From a virus (taxonomy: Duplodnaviria; Caudoviricetes), in the IMG/VR virus record IMGVR_UViG_3300032280_000446, positions 1 to 37,902 of that record: a stretch of DNA of 37,902 nucleotides; one strand, given 5' to 3'. Shown here piece after piece: positions 25,281 to 35,480 of the stretch; the stretch's first letter is position 1; each line of letters starts with the position of its first letter. The notes below the pieces were generated by a model that was not told the DNA's origin, ran no database searches, and saw only the letters and a program-made list of their open reading frames with translations. Made by a program: the position numbers and the translations under genes.

Positions 25281-27392
25281 ATGGCAATTTTGACACCAAT
25301 TTTAACCGGAGGTAATGGAACACCAACATACAACCTCGGTATGGCTGAGACTTATTCTTGGATACCTATTGATAATAATCAAAATAGGCCCATGTTTGCC
25401 CGAGCCAATTATATAACTAATCTTTCCGATCTTACTGTTTCCTTGACCGCCAATGAGTTACAAATTGGACCTATACATCTTACAGACCCTTTAGATCATG
25501 CTCGTCAAGCAAACATAATACCAGCCGGGGGATATAATGCCTTAGTGGTACAAGCCCAAGATTTAGAATCTACTATAGATGACATTACAATCGGGGATAA
25601 AAGCGGAGTAAATTTTGCTACAATAAATGCTGCTAATAGTGCATTAAATGTTTTTATAGCTAATAGTGCCATAGCAGTTGCTAACCCAGTTACTGCTGTT
25701 ACTATACTCAATCCCGCATCATCTGTTAATATTGCTTCAACAAGTAATACACTTCCAATTTCCGGGACAGTTACTATTACTAATTCTTTATCAACAACAC
25801 CTAGCGGTATTCAGCAAGTATCTTATGCCGATGGGTATCAATTAGATCAATCTGGAAGACTTAGAACAGCAGCAGTTGGTGAACAGTGGTGGTATACATC
25901 ATCAGTTGATAAAGATGGTGATTTAAGATTCCAAGAAGCATTTACAGGTACAGGTCAGAGTATTTTTGTACAGAATTATGCAGCAACACTAATGACATCT
26001 GGTTCAGCTTCAAACGGAAGCGGCATTAGAATGACTCGTAGAAGATTCCCTGTTAGACCTGGTGTCGGATTACAATGGTTTGGTACGTGGAGTTGGGATG
26101 GTAATGATGTAGGTGTTGTAAAGAGATGTGGTTGGAATACCGGATTCAATGGAATGTTTTTTGAATTATCAGGCAGTGATATGAATGCTGTAGTCCGTAG
26201 AAGATTGCCTGATGGTACATTAAATGAAACAAGAGTTCCTCGTAGTGAATTCAATGGAGATAAGTTAGATGGGACAGGTCCATCGGGTGAAAATTGGAAT
26301 CTACCAGCTCTTTCTGCTTATACAGCCAATACCTTAACTCCAACAGTAACAGCAGTAGCAGTTCAAAATGCTTTATCTGCTTTTAATGTTAGATATAGAA
26401 CCACAACAGCTGCCTCTGCTAGTGCTTTTCAGATTGGATCGAAGGTAACTGTTCAAGGATTATTGCCGATTACATTTAACGGATGCGCTGTAGTAAAGTC
26501 ATATAATACAGTAAACAGCACCATAGATTTAACATATGCATTTAACCCTGGAACGTATAGCTCAGGTGTTGCAACCGGCTCTATTATTCAAAATGCCTAC
26601 CATGGAACCCATACTTATTTCTTTGATATATTTGGTGGCAGAACAAATAGAGTAAGATTTGGTAAGATAACAGACAATGGTGAAATACTACTCCATACAT
26701 TTAGATTCGATGGTCAATTTGGTGGGCCCTTTACAAGTGCTCCATCTATGCCAATTAGAAAGGAAATATATAATACCCAAAATGTTAACCTCCAACCATC
26801 ATTATCTCTATTTGGTACAGCTTTAAATATTGAAGCTGAAGCTGTACTAAATCCTTGTTTTGCTACAGCACATAATAATAACTACCTTTTATTAGATTAT
26901 AATACACCAGCTGGTGGCAATCTTAATGAATATCCTCTACTCGGTGTTGGGCTAAGAGCAGGCGAACCATATCAAAGAGGAGATTTACAAATTCAAAGTA
27001 TTAATATTGTTGATATTAGAAATATTGGTGGTTCAAATAACGGCGGAGCTCTTTTCTGGAGATTGTTATTAAATCCTGTTCTGTCAGGTTCTATACCAAC
27101 ACCTATTAATGTTGGTAAGTGCTCTAGACACTGGGAATATACAGTAGCAGATCATTCTACAAATGGTGTAAATTTATCATCAGGAGCAGCATCTCAAGGT
27201 ATTGAGCTCATGGCTGGTTATGTAGCATCTGTTGGAACTGTAGATACTAGAACATCTTTAAACTTCCTAAACTTAGGTAGTAACGTTGATTATTCAGATG
27301 CTGATAAAGTAGTACTAATGGTTAGACAATTATCACCTGCGGCAAATGATGCACAGGTTGTTGCTTCAATGAATATTATTGAAGCGATCTAA
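25281..27392 (+). CDS. Large virion structural protein (fibre or decoration-like)
   Basis: Start MAILTP after TAAATA 25261; beta-rich, Ser/Thr/Gly/Asn-rich; D.SGRLRT, NGMFFE and FNGDKLDGTGPSG motifs typical of phage virion proteins. Confidence 0.75.
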   Translation: MAILTPILTGGNGTPTYNLGMAETYSWIPIDNNQNRPMFARANYITNLSDLTVSLTANELQIGPIHLTDPLDHARQANIIPAGGYNALVVQAQDLESTIDDITIGDKSGVNFATINAANSALNVFIANSAIAVANPVTAVTILNPASSVNIASTSNTLPISGTVTITNSLSTTPSGIQQVSYADGYQLDQSGRLRTAAVGEQWWYTSSVDKDGDLRFQEAFTGTGQSIFVQNYAATLMTSGSASNGSGIRMTRRRFPVRPGVGLQWFGTWSWDGNDVGVVKRCGWNTGFNGMFFELSGSDMNAVVRRRLPDGTLNETRVPRSEFNGDKLDGTGPSGENWNLPALSAYTANTLTPTVTAVAVQNALSAFNVRYRTTTAASASAFQIGSKVTVQGLLPITFNGCAVVKSYNTVNSTIDLTYAFNPGTYSSGVATGSIIQNAYHGTHTYFFDIFGGRTNRVRFGKITDNGEILLHTFRFDGQFGGPFTSAPSMPIRKEIYNTQNVNLQPSLSLFGTALNIEAEAVLNPCFATAHNNNYLLLDYNTPAGGNLNEYPLLGVGLRAGEPYQRGDLQIQSINIVDIRNIGGSNNGGALFWRLLLNPVLSGSIPTPINVGKCSRHWEYTVADHSTNGVNLSSGAASQGIELMAGYVASVGTVDTRTSLNFLNLGSNVDYSDADKVVLMVRQLSPAANDAQVVASMNIIEAI

Positions 27393-27527
27393 TTAGTCCT
27401 TCTTAATAAGGTGGGGGACGCCGGGAATATGGCGCTTAGAAATATAACGAGGCTGATCAGGTATCACAAGAACTTCTTGCTTTGGCTTAAAAAGACCGCT
27501 AATAAAATTCTTGATCGTTTGCACCAT
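27393..27527 (-). CDS. Possible small hypothetical protein
   Basis: MVQTIKNFISGLFKPKQEV...; fills the gap between plus-strand genes. Confidence 0.4.
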   Translation of the reverse strand: MVQTIKNFISGLFKPKQEVLVIPDQPRYISKRHIPGVPHLIKKD

Positions 27528-27636
27528 ATAAATCCAAGCAGCTGGATCTAGGGTATCGACTATTGTTGGTTCGATGAATGCTATTGAAGCATTGTAACCC
27601 AAAATACGTTTTACAGTATTTTGATTAAATAATTGT

Positions 27637-27978
27637 ATGCTACAGTATACAATTCCTTCGCATTTACGTGGTGATACCTGGGATGGTATAACCTCTGTTA
27701 TTTTACAGAAAAACGGTATTCCGTTAAACTTAACAGGTGCAACAATTAAGATGGAGTTTCGCGAAGATATTGATTCCCCAGTTGTTTTAGAGCTTTCAAC
27801 AACGAACAGTAAAATTACTATTACCAATGCATTAAGCGGTACTATCTCAATACCTGAAACTATTATTGATATACCTTTTGGTAAATATGTATATGATTTA
27901 CAGGTAACATTAGCTAGCGGGTATAATAAAACGTATATGCGTGGAACTTGGGAAATTGTAGCTGATGTTACACAGTAA
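27637..27978 (+). CDS. BppU N-terminal-like baseplate/fibre adaptor
   Basis: RGDTW, P.NLTGATIKM..R, G.YVYDLQVT...G......DVT. Confidence 0.7.
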   Translation: MLQYTIPSHLRGDTWDGITSVILQKNGIPLNLTGATIKMEFREDIDSPVVLELSTTNSKITITNALSGTISIPETIIDIPFGKYVYDLQVTLASGYNKTYMRGTWEIVADVTQ

Positions 27979-30900
27979 TGAGTGATAATATCATAATCAA
28001 TACAACAACGGAGAGTATTAATCTATCGGTTAATACTAATACGGACGTTTATTCACTAAGTGTTGTTAATGTTAATGGTGCTTCTCGTTGGGGTTTAATT
28101 GTAGGATCTCTTTCTGCTCAAACCGATCTCTGGCGTTTTTTATCAGGTAGCAATGTATCAGCAGAATTACTAACTCTTTCAGGTAATGTAATTGTAATTA
28201 ATTCTCTTATAAACTTATTAAGCGGTAACTGGAATAATTCTTATAGTAATCTTGTAAGTAACAGTGCTGCGTATCTTAGTTCTGTTAATCTTAATTTTTT
28301 AAGTGTTAGCGGTAACTGGAATAATTCCTATAATTGGGTAGTAAGTAATTCTGCAAACGCTACTTTTAGGACGGTTTCAGCAATTTCATTATCAGGTGTT
28401 TTTTATGGAGATGGTAGTAATCTTATTGGCGCCTCCCTGCCCGGGCAAGCTAATATTAATACACTTGTAAGATCTAACAGTGCTAACTGGGATACGGCGT
28501 ATAATACAGCATTGGCATATCAAAGTGTAAGTGGTAGCTATGCAACTAATACATTACTACAAAGTACCTCTGCTCTTTTAATCCCTTTAACAACTACAAG
28601 TACACTTACAAGTCAGTTAGTCAAGACAACAGATCTTAATAATCTTTCAGCAACTTTATTAACTCGTACAGATTATAGTTCTTCTTCTGCTACTCTACTA
28701 CCAACTACTGTTTATCAAAATGCTTCTGGTTCTTTTGTAACTAATACTTTACTTCAAAGTACTTCTGCTTTACTAACACCTTTAACTCTTACAAGAACCC
28801 TTACAAGTCAGTTAGTTCTTAGTACAGCTATTAATAGTTTAACAGGTAATTGGAATAGTGCGTATGCCTCTACTACAGCTTTAAATCTTTCATCAGGTAA
28901 TTGGAATAGTGCTTACACTACAACTGTTTCTAATTCTGGTATCTGGTCTGTTAAAGATAGACTCAACAACGGAACAGTTCAAGTAGTTTTAAGTACTGAT
29001 AATAATTTATATTTCCCTACTGGTACTATAGGAGATACATTACAAGATGGTGGATTTACTATCGTGGGAAAGCCAGGATCTTATGCAGAAATTGCTAGTA
29101 ATGACGGAAATGTATTTGCATGGGCATCAGATACTAATTACGGGAACCCTGTTGGTGGTGGTTTTAGCATCGGTACTGACTCTACAGCATTAACAGGTGG
29201 ATACGTTTGGACTTTTGGTAATGACGGGTTACTTCATTTTCCTGACGGGTCAATACAACCTACTGCATTTACTAATAATTTAGATTCTTATGCTACAAAT
29301 AATTTTGTTAATAGTAACTTCTTTAATCTTACCGGTGGTATAATTTCAGGTGCTACAAGAATTAATAATAATTTAACTGTCTTCGGTGACTTAACAGCTA
29401 CAGGTACAACTACATTTGCTAATACTGTATTCTCTGTTACTAGTTCTTTAAGTGTTGTTCATATTGGCTCAGGCCCCGCTTTATATGTAGGTAATAATGG
29501 AGATGGAGATATTGCTTCATTCTACGATTTAGATCAAGGTATTGAAGTATTCCATGTCGGTGGCAACAATGGTTCTCATCCTAACGTTGGTGTTAAAACC
29601 AGTACACCTAATGTTGATTTAACAGTTAACGGTCAAATTAGTGCTAATAATACAATTTGGAGTGCTAACGGTAATTCAAATAATTGGAATAAGGCTTATG
29701 ATATTTCTACAGCTTATCAAGGAGTTTCAGGTACATTCGCAACTAATACCCTCCTTCAGAGTACTTCAGCGTTATTAACCCCTCTTACAGATTTTAATAA
29801 CTACAAAACATCAGTAGCAGCATCTACAGCTACTTTATTACCAACTACTGCTTATCAAAATACTTCTGGCTCTTTTGCTACTAATACATTATTACAAGGT
29901 ACTTCTGCATTACTAACACCTTTAACTCTAACAAGAACGCTTACAGGTCAGTTAGTTCTTGATACCGATAGTCGTTTATCTGATAATAGATACCCTACAT
30001 CCCACGCGTCATCTCACGGCTCTAACGGTAGTGACTCTTTAACGCCGGATTTTCTCAATACTACCGCTATCACAGTCTATGGTTTTACTAATAATAGTCT
30101 CAACGGTAATTACGGGTACGCTAATGACGGAGGAGATCCACCTCAACAATTGTTTATAAATGGGTTTCCCGTTTGGTATAATGGTGCTAGCGATGCTTAT
30201 ATTTGGTACAAAACATTTGGGGGTGAAAGATGGGTTATAACACAAAACAATACCGGAGACAATACTCCCGTTCTTTCCCAGTATACTAGTTATACAGTTT
30301 GGCCGTTTATTCTAGCAAGCACTGAACCTGTTAATTGGTCCAATGGTGTTAAGCTTAGACAGGCAAGCTTATCCCCAAGTTCTTTATCAGATATTGGACA
30401 TGTAGGCGGATCATCTGTAAATGAAATATCGAGATTTGCTTTTTACGATCACGTCCACCCTCTTCCAACTACCCAACAATTAGGTGCTGCATCTCAAACT
30501 GATTTTAATAACTATAGAACATCTGTAGCAGCTACAACCGCTACTCTATTACCAACTACTATATATCAAAATGCTTCTGGTTCTTTTGTAACTAATACTT
30601 TACTTCAATCTACTTCTGCTTTACTAACACCTTTAACTCTAACTAGAACTCTTACTAGTCAATTAGTTCTTAATACCACTATTAACAGTTTAACAGGTAA
30701 TTGGAATTCTGCATATGCTTCTACTACAGCATTAAATCTTTCTTCTAATAGCTGGAATAGCTTAAAGACAGAAGCTGCTACTATACAGATTGAGTTACCA
30801 GATAATAAGGATTATATTTTAGACGCAAGATCGTCTTATCTATATACGTTAAGTGCTATACATTTCTATTCATTATCTGGTACAGGTAATTTAACTTTAA

Positions 30901-31073
30901 AAATTAACAATGTTGTAATACCTGAATTTAATCAAAGAACAATTAGTAACTCCCTCTCAACAGTATACCTTACTACTAATAATATTGTATCATCAAATCA
31001 AACCTTTACAGCATCAGTTTCCAATAATGCATACCTATTAGACTTGATAATGGAAGCTGTTTACATTAGATAA
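27978..31073 (+). CDS. Tail fibre-like repeat protein
   Basis: 1031 aa, Ser/Thr/Asn-rich; repeated SGNWNSAY and TNTLLQSTSALLTPLT units; F.DGS.Q.TA and HASSH...GSD fibre motifs. Confidence 0.8.
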   Translation: MSDNIIINTTTESINLSVNTNTDVYSLSVVNVNGASRWGLIVGSLSAQTDLWRFLSGSNVSAELLTLSGNVIVINSLINLLSGNWNNSYSNLVSNSAAYLSSVNLNFLSVSGNWNNSYNWVVSNSANATFRTVSAISLSGVFYGDGSNLIGASLPGQANINTLVRSNSANWDTAYNTALAYQSVSGSYATNTLLQSTSALLIPLTTTSTLTSQLVKTTDLNNLSATLLTRTDYSSSSATLLPTTVYQNASGSFVTNTLLQSTSALLTPLTLTRTLTSQLVLSTAINSLTGNWNSAYASTTALNLSSGNWNSAYTTTVSNSGIWSVKDRLNNGTVQVVLSTDNNLYFPTGTIGDTLQDGGFTIVGKPGSYAEIASNDGNVFAWASDTNYGNPVGGGFSIGTDSTALTGGYVWTFGNDGLLHFPDGSIQPTAFTNNLDSYATNNFVNSNFFNLTGGIISGATRINNNLTVFGDLTATGTTTFANTVFSVTSSLSVVHIGSGPALYVGNNGDGDIASFYDLDQGIEVFHVGGNNGSHPNVGVKTSTPNVDLTVNGQISANNTIWSANGNSNNWNKAYDISTAYQGVSGTFATNTLLQSTSALLTPLTDFNNYKTSVAASTATLLPTTAYQNTSGSFATNTLLQGTSALLTPLTLTRTLTGQLVLDTDSRLSDNRYPTSHASSHGSNGSDSLTPDFLNTTAITVYGFTNNSLNGNYGYANDGGDPPQQLFINGFPVWYNGASDAYIWYKTFGGERWVITQNNTGDNTPVLSQYTSYTVWPFILASTEPVNWSNGVKLRQASLSPSSLSDIGHVGGSSVNEISRFAFYDHVHPLPTTQQLGAASQTDFNNYRTSVAATTATLLPTTIYQNASGSFVTNTLLQSTSALLTPLTLTRTLTSQLVLNTTINSLTGNWNSAYASTTALNLSSNSWNSLKTEAATIQIELPDNKDYILDARSSYLYTLSAIHFYSLSGTGNLTLKINNVVIPEFNQRTISNSLSTVYLTTNNIVSSNQTFTASVSNNAYLLDLIMEAVYIR
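28689..30742 (+). repeat. Intragenic direct repeats; ~200-bp copies at about 28689-28890 and 30540-30742, partial copies near 28540, 29740 and 29830
   Basis: Near-identical DNA encoding ATLLPTTxYQNASGSFVTNTLLQSTSALLTPLTLTRTLTSQLVL...GNWNSAYASTTALNLS. Confidence 0.85.
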
Positions 31074-31078
31074 CAGAT

Positions 31079-31249
31079 ATGAAGAAATTTAGACTCATAA
31101 ATTTTCCATTTTGGATGAAAACATTGTTTAATCTTAATTTTATTAGTAAGGGTGTACCTTTTAATGAGGGTACAACTAAATCGACTACATTTACAAATAA
31201 ACTAGACTTCATTTCAAAAGGTCAGGTATATAATACAACAAATAGATGA
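31079..31249 (+). CDS. Small protein in the fibre operon (not in ORF track)
   Basis: 56 aa with an internal repeat L(N/D)FISKG; ATGA-coupled to the next ORF. Confidence 0.6.
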   Translation: MKKFRLINFPFWMKTLFNLNFISKGVPFNEGTTKSTTFTNKLDFISKGQVYNTTNR

Positions 31250-31410
31250 AAATCAATCATATAAACAAAAGATCGGAAACGTGTTATAATGTCTCAGTAG
31301 AGACAGAAGATGGAGAGTGTTTTGTTTTTGATTTCCCTTATAATCCATCTAAACAAGAAATAGAAAGTTTCTTAACTGATACAATTCAGCAAAATAAAAC
31401 ATTAGAATAA
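31246..31410 (+). CDS. Small protein in the fibre operon (not in ORF track)
   Basis: 54 aa MKINHINKRSETCYNV...; stops 1 nt before the next ATG. Confidence 0.6.
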   Translation: MKINHINKRSETCYNVSVETEDGECFVFDFPYNPSKQEIESFLTDTIQQNKTLE

Positions 31411-31411
31411 T

Positions 31412-33694
31412 ATGCCTAATAACTGGTACATGGATTATGAAAGTGGTAATGACAACTGGTCTGGTGACAGTTTTGCTGTAACTGCTTCAGGTACAAATGG
31501 TGTAACAAATGGTACAAGTTTATTCTCAAGTGCTGGTGCAAGCTTTACCTCAGCTCTCATTAATAGATATATTAATATTAATACTAGAGGTTTTTATTTA
31601 ATTACAGCAGCTCCTACTACTACAACTCTCACTCTATCAGCAATACCAGGCGGTGTAGGCTTACCTAGTTCTGGTACTGGACTAACATATTTTATAGGAG
31701 GCAGATGGTCAAGAAATACAAACGTACAAACTAATGCTAGACCAGTACAGAACGGAGACACTATACGATTTAAAGCCTGTGAATCCCCTGTATTAATAAA
31801 CAACGCTACTTGGACTCAAGGCTCATCAGCTATTACCTTTAATTCAACAGTAGCACAAGTTATTGATAGTTGTGATAGTGGATGGGTAGCTGCTACTAAT
31901 GTAACTAGAACTCATACTGCTGGTGGTAAGGATTATACTGGGTTTGTTCAACTTGATATTGCAGCTGCCTTTACAACAGGTATTGTTGCGTACAAAACAT
32001 TACCTTCTACTCTTAATCTCTCTAATTATAATGTCTTATCGTTTTGGCATAGTATGGGATCTACTGTACTTGCTGCAAGTGCTTTTAGGGTTGATCTCTG
32101 TTCAGATAGTGTTGGTGCTGTTCCTGTTGCTTCGTTTGATGTACCTAATATTATCGTTAATAATTCACAAACAGCCATACCCTTTGCTCTATCCTCTATA
32201 CCACCTTTACCAAGTAATGTAAATTCTATTTCTATTTTTGCAGTTTCAGATCCTGGTACAGTTACAATACGTTTTGATCATTTTGTTGCATGTCTATCTT
32301 CAGGACCAAATCTTCAACATTATCTAGGAAAATATGATAGTAATCCTTATGATCATTGGTGGGCAATAAGAACACTTAGTGGTTCGGTTGCAACCATGGA
32401 GAATTATTCATTAGGTCAGTCTAATTTCGGTCTTTTGGGATCTAATGTATATCCATTTACAACAGAAAATGTACCAACATATTACGTAAACCCTATAAGA
32501 ACTCCTGGCTCTAATAGTGGTGGTGATCAGAGGTTTGTCGGCACTATTGGTCCCTCTACTTTAACACCTAATAGTAATACATATCCAGACTTTAATCCTA
32601 ATATACGTATTACCCATAGCGGTGGATGGGATAGAAACAACATGTCCACAAAGGTATTTAAAACGTTTTTTGATGGTTTAGATTATAATGGTCAAATGTT
32701 AAACTTTGGTGGTAATATGAATATTGAAGACTTCATTGTATCAAGATTCTATAGTGGTATAAGTGTAGGTATAGGTGGTTTTGTAAATAATTGTGATGGT
32801 TATTTCTGTGCCAATAATGGAATGGGTACTTTCCCGTCCTCATCTGTTATATTCTCAAATTGTAGGATATCGAGTGCTACTTTTAATACTGCTCGGAGTT
32901 TTCAGATATCCGCAGTTAATATATATTTTGATGGGCATCAATCAACTTCTACAGTTTTTTCTAATTTACTGTTACAAAACAACGGAAGTCGAACCCTTGA
33001 GAATATAAGGTTTCATTATTGTGGTAATACACCTAATAATCATTGTATAAATGAAACAGATGGTGGTGGTGAAAGTACAATAAAAAATGTAACTTGTATT
33101 AACAGTAATAAATTTTATTATACAAATGGACTTAATGAACCTCCTACAACTACAACAATTTATAACCTATCCTCAAATTCCGCTCAAACTTTAGTAAATT
33201 ACACTAATAATAGCCAAACCTTTGGTACTTATGGTTCTTTTAATATACATGGCTATAACGGGGATATTAATGATATTCGTACCTTTGGTAATAGATGGAC
33301 TGTACTTTCAGAAAGAGCTATTAGAAATCAATCTCAAGGACTAGCATGGGAGATAACAACCCCTGTCTTTACTCAATACCCTTTAATATTTCCAATTCGG
33401 TATAAAGTTGCCACTGTCGCGGCAAGAGCTAATGTACCTATTAAAGTTACAGCTTATATATATTCTACAAAAACTCAAGTACAGGGTCTATCAGCTGGGC
33501 TAATGTGTGCAAATGATATAGCTGTTAATATACAAGAAACTAGAGCCTATGTTAATAATACATCTGCATTAACATATATACCTGTTACCTGGACGTTTAC
33601 ACCAACTGCTGACTCCGTGATTCCTGTATACTTCTTTGCTACTTTACCTTCTAATACTGATTATGCTATTATAGACTCAGTAAGTGTACAGTAG
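31412..33694 (+). CDS. Tail spike-like protein with predicted beta-helix region
   Basis: Y.D..SGND...G.SF, GDTIR.K, SGGWD; Asn-rich periodic central region. Confidence 0.7.
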   Translation: MPNNWYMDYESGNDNWSGDSFAVTASGTNGVTNGTSLFSSAGASFTSALINRYININTRGFYLITAAPTTTTLTLSAIPGGVGLPSSGTGLTYFIGGRWSRNTNVQTNARPVQNGDTIRFKACESPVLINNATWTQGSSAITFNSTVAQVIDSCDSGWVAATNVTRTHTAGGKDYTGFVQLDIAAAFTTGIVAYKTLPSTLNLSNYNVLSFWHSMGSTVLAASAFRVDLCSDSVGAVPVASFDVPNIIVNNSQTAIPFALSSIPPLPSNVNSISIFAVSDPGTVTIRFDHFVACLSSGPNLQHYLGKYDSNPYDHWWAIRTLSGSVATMENYSLGQSNFGLLGSNVYPFTTENVPTYYVNPIRTPGSNSGGDQRFVGTIGPSTLTPNSNTYPDFNPNIRITHSGGWDRNNMSTKVFKTFFDGLDYNGQMLNFGGNMNIEDFIVSRFYSGISVGIGGFVNNCDGYFCANNGMGTFPSSSVIFSNCRISSATFNTARSFQISAVNIYFDGHQSTSTVFSNLLLQNNGSRTLENIRFHYCGNTPNNHCINETDGGGESTIKNVTCINSNKFYYTNGLNEPPTTTTIYNLSSNSAQTLVNYTNNSQTFGTYGSFNIHGYNGDINDIRTFGNRWTVLSERAIRNQSQGLAWEITTPVFTQYPLIFPIRYKVATVAARANVPIKVTAYIYSTKTQVQGLSAGLMCANDIAVNIQETRAYVNNTSALTYIPVTWTFTPTADSVIPVYFFATLPSNTDYAIIDSVSVQ

Positions 33695-33774
33695 TATTTT
33701 ATTTAGTATAACCGAATCCCTGTTGATTCTACACAAAACTGGCCTACGAATATACATGCTGGTAAGAGAGTTAA

Positions 33775-34380
33775 TTAACTCCAAAAGAACGTTCTATATC
33801 GAATAAGCTCAGTTAAAAGTTTTGTATCGGTATCTTCAATAAGTTTTTCAATCCGATTAACTTCTGAATAATCATTATTGGAAGGTATAAACTTAAACAT
33901 TTTTTTACCTTTATAAGTTTCTTCTGACTCTTCAAAACATTCGTCAATAGGGCGTGAAGGGGGGTAGGCATCGTCCATTTGCTTTTCTAAATCTGGTCGA
34001 AAAACAGTAACATACCGGTAGGCTGCTTCAAGCCAGCGTGCAAACTCTACATGTCTTTCTCCTGAACCTTCCCAATCTACAACACCGTCGACATACTCCT
34101 CTTCGTAAAATGATTTAATGAATTCAAAATTTACAGTTTCAATAAGCGAGGAAAGATCCATCCACTTGCGAGGTATAGCTTTACGAATACGAGTATGACT
34201 TGGATCCCATATAGGGCGAATCTTCTCTACATAGTACATCCAATAGCGAAACGGTATAAGTTCATGGTAACTGTATATACCGAGTTTATTTTTAATATAA
34301 AAATGTACAGACTCTGTTAAAGTTAATTTTTCATCTTCAGGTAACTTTAACGCGTGATCTCTTGGGCTAAACATAAACAT
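33775..34380 (-). CDS. Hypothetical protein
   Basis: Likely start MFMFSP at 34380, overlapping the upstream gene end. Confidence 0.7.
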   Translation of the reverse strand: MFMFSPRDHALKLPEDEKLTLTESVHFYIKNKLGIYSYHELIPFRYWMYYVEKIRPIWDPSHTRIRKAIPRKWMDLSSLIETVNFEFIKSFYEEEYVDGVVDWEGSGERHVEFARWLEAAYRYVTVFRPDLEKQMDDAYPPSRPIDECFEESEETYKGKKMFKFIPSNNDYSEVNRIEKLIEDTDTKLLTELIRYRTFFWS

Positions 34381-34633
34381 CTCCGTTTTCAGTAATTTTT
34401 GTATCTTCGTAAGGAGCAATAGAACGGCGGTACATTTCAAGTTTGCTAGACTCTAAAGCTCCAATGACATCATTATATGATTGATAATTTATAATCAAAT
34501 TCTTTTTAAGAAAGCATAAACAAGCCGTAGTAATAATATAGTTTAAATCTCCTGCTGTAATAGGAGGGTTGTTTTCTAATGCTGTAGTTACAGATTTAAG
34601 TATACTACGATTTTCCTTTTTAATGTAAGGCAT
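34367..34633 (-). CDS. Conserved phage protein (DUF6899-like)
   Basis: MPYIK...R, GDLNY.IT, IGALE..KLE.YRR..APYED.KI.ENGD. Confidence 0.7.
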   Translation of the reverse strand: MPYIKKENRSILKSVTTALENNPPITAGDLNYIITTACLCFLKKNLIINYQSYNDVIGALESSKLEMYRRSIAPYEDTKITENGDVYV

Positions 34634-34724
34634 GTTTATATGATGTATTCAAAAATAAAAAATTCCAGCTTGAAATATTATTTTTTTATCTTTAATATAT
34701 TTGGCACACAGAACTTAAAAGTAC

Positions 34725-35255
34725 ATGAAAAAAGTTAAAAAAGTTAAAAAAGTCGATACAGAACTAAAAAGTAAAAAAATGGTTTGTATTGTCAGTGGCG
34801 TCGAACAGCAAGTATCTAAACTCGGTATGGCTAAAAGTATTAAAAAGTTTGGTACTCTGGAAAGTTTTTCGGAACATTATGTATGTAATAAAGCTAAAAA
34901 ACTTTTACGTCAGCGTGTATCACCAGAGGAAGTACAAAAGCAGATGCGACCTCAGGGTATGAAACCATTTAGTATAGATAAACAGGCTCTAGCGAGATTA
35001 AAGTTACTTAAAAAGCCAAAGCGTCCTGCTAAACTTTCTATCGAAGAAGTAGAACAGATATCTGTAAAGTGGATACCAAAAGAAAGACGTTTTTATTCTA
35101 ATCTAAAAGATTATATTATAGATAATACAAAGAACGGGTCATGTTTAGCGCCACAGATATTTCTAGATAGCGATAGAGTTTGTGATGTTTGTAAATACTC
35201 TGAATGGTGTTTGTCAACAGTAAAACAATTTTCAAAACATTTTAAGAAAAAATAA
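34725..35255 (+). CDS. Basic hypothetical protein with Cys clusters
   Basis: 176 aa; C.VSG, YVC, C.AP...CDVC.Y..WC; promoter TTGAAA-17 nt-TAATAT at 34670-34698. Confidence 0.7.
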   Translation: MKKVKKVKKVDTELKSKKMVCIVSGVEQQVSKLGMAKSIKKFGTLESFSEHYVCNKAKKLLRQRVSPEEVQKQMRPQGMKPFSIDKQALARLKLLKKPKRPAKLSIEEVEQISVKWIPKERRFYSNLKDYIIDNTKNGSCLAPQIFLDSDRVCDVCKYSEWCLSTVKQFSKHFKKK

Positions 35256-35257
35256 AT

Positions 35258-35476
35258 ATGCCAGATATAACAAAATATATAACTAAGGAAAATTCAGGAT
35301 TTTACGCTGATTTTGAAGATTACGGTAACAGTAAAGTAAATAGTGAGGGATATGAAAACGGAGACGTTGTTTTTTGGATTTGGGATAATACCAAATATAG
35401 AGGTACTCTAAGAGATTGTGGTCAAGGGCATGAAGGTATGTTTGAAATTGAAAACGTACGTGAAAGAGGTGTATAA
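35258..35476 (+). CDS. Hypothetical protein
   Basis: 72-aa ORF. Confidence 0.6.
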   Translation: MPDITKYITKENSGFYADFEDYGNSKVNSEGYENGDVVFWIWDNTKYRGTLRDCGQGHEGMFEIENVRERGV

Positions 35477-35480
35477 TATT

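Noticed and set aside
28689-30742. Diversity-generating retroelement TR/VR pair
   Set aside because: Differences are mostly synonymous and not adenine-specific, both copies lie in one ORF, and no reverse transcriptase is in the window.
34728-34754. AAAAAAGTT x3 tandem repeat
   Set aside because: In-frame 9-bp low-complexity KKV repeat; no evidence of phase variation.
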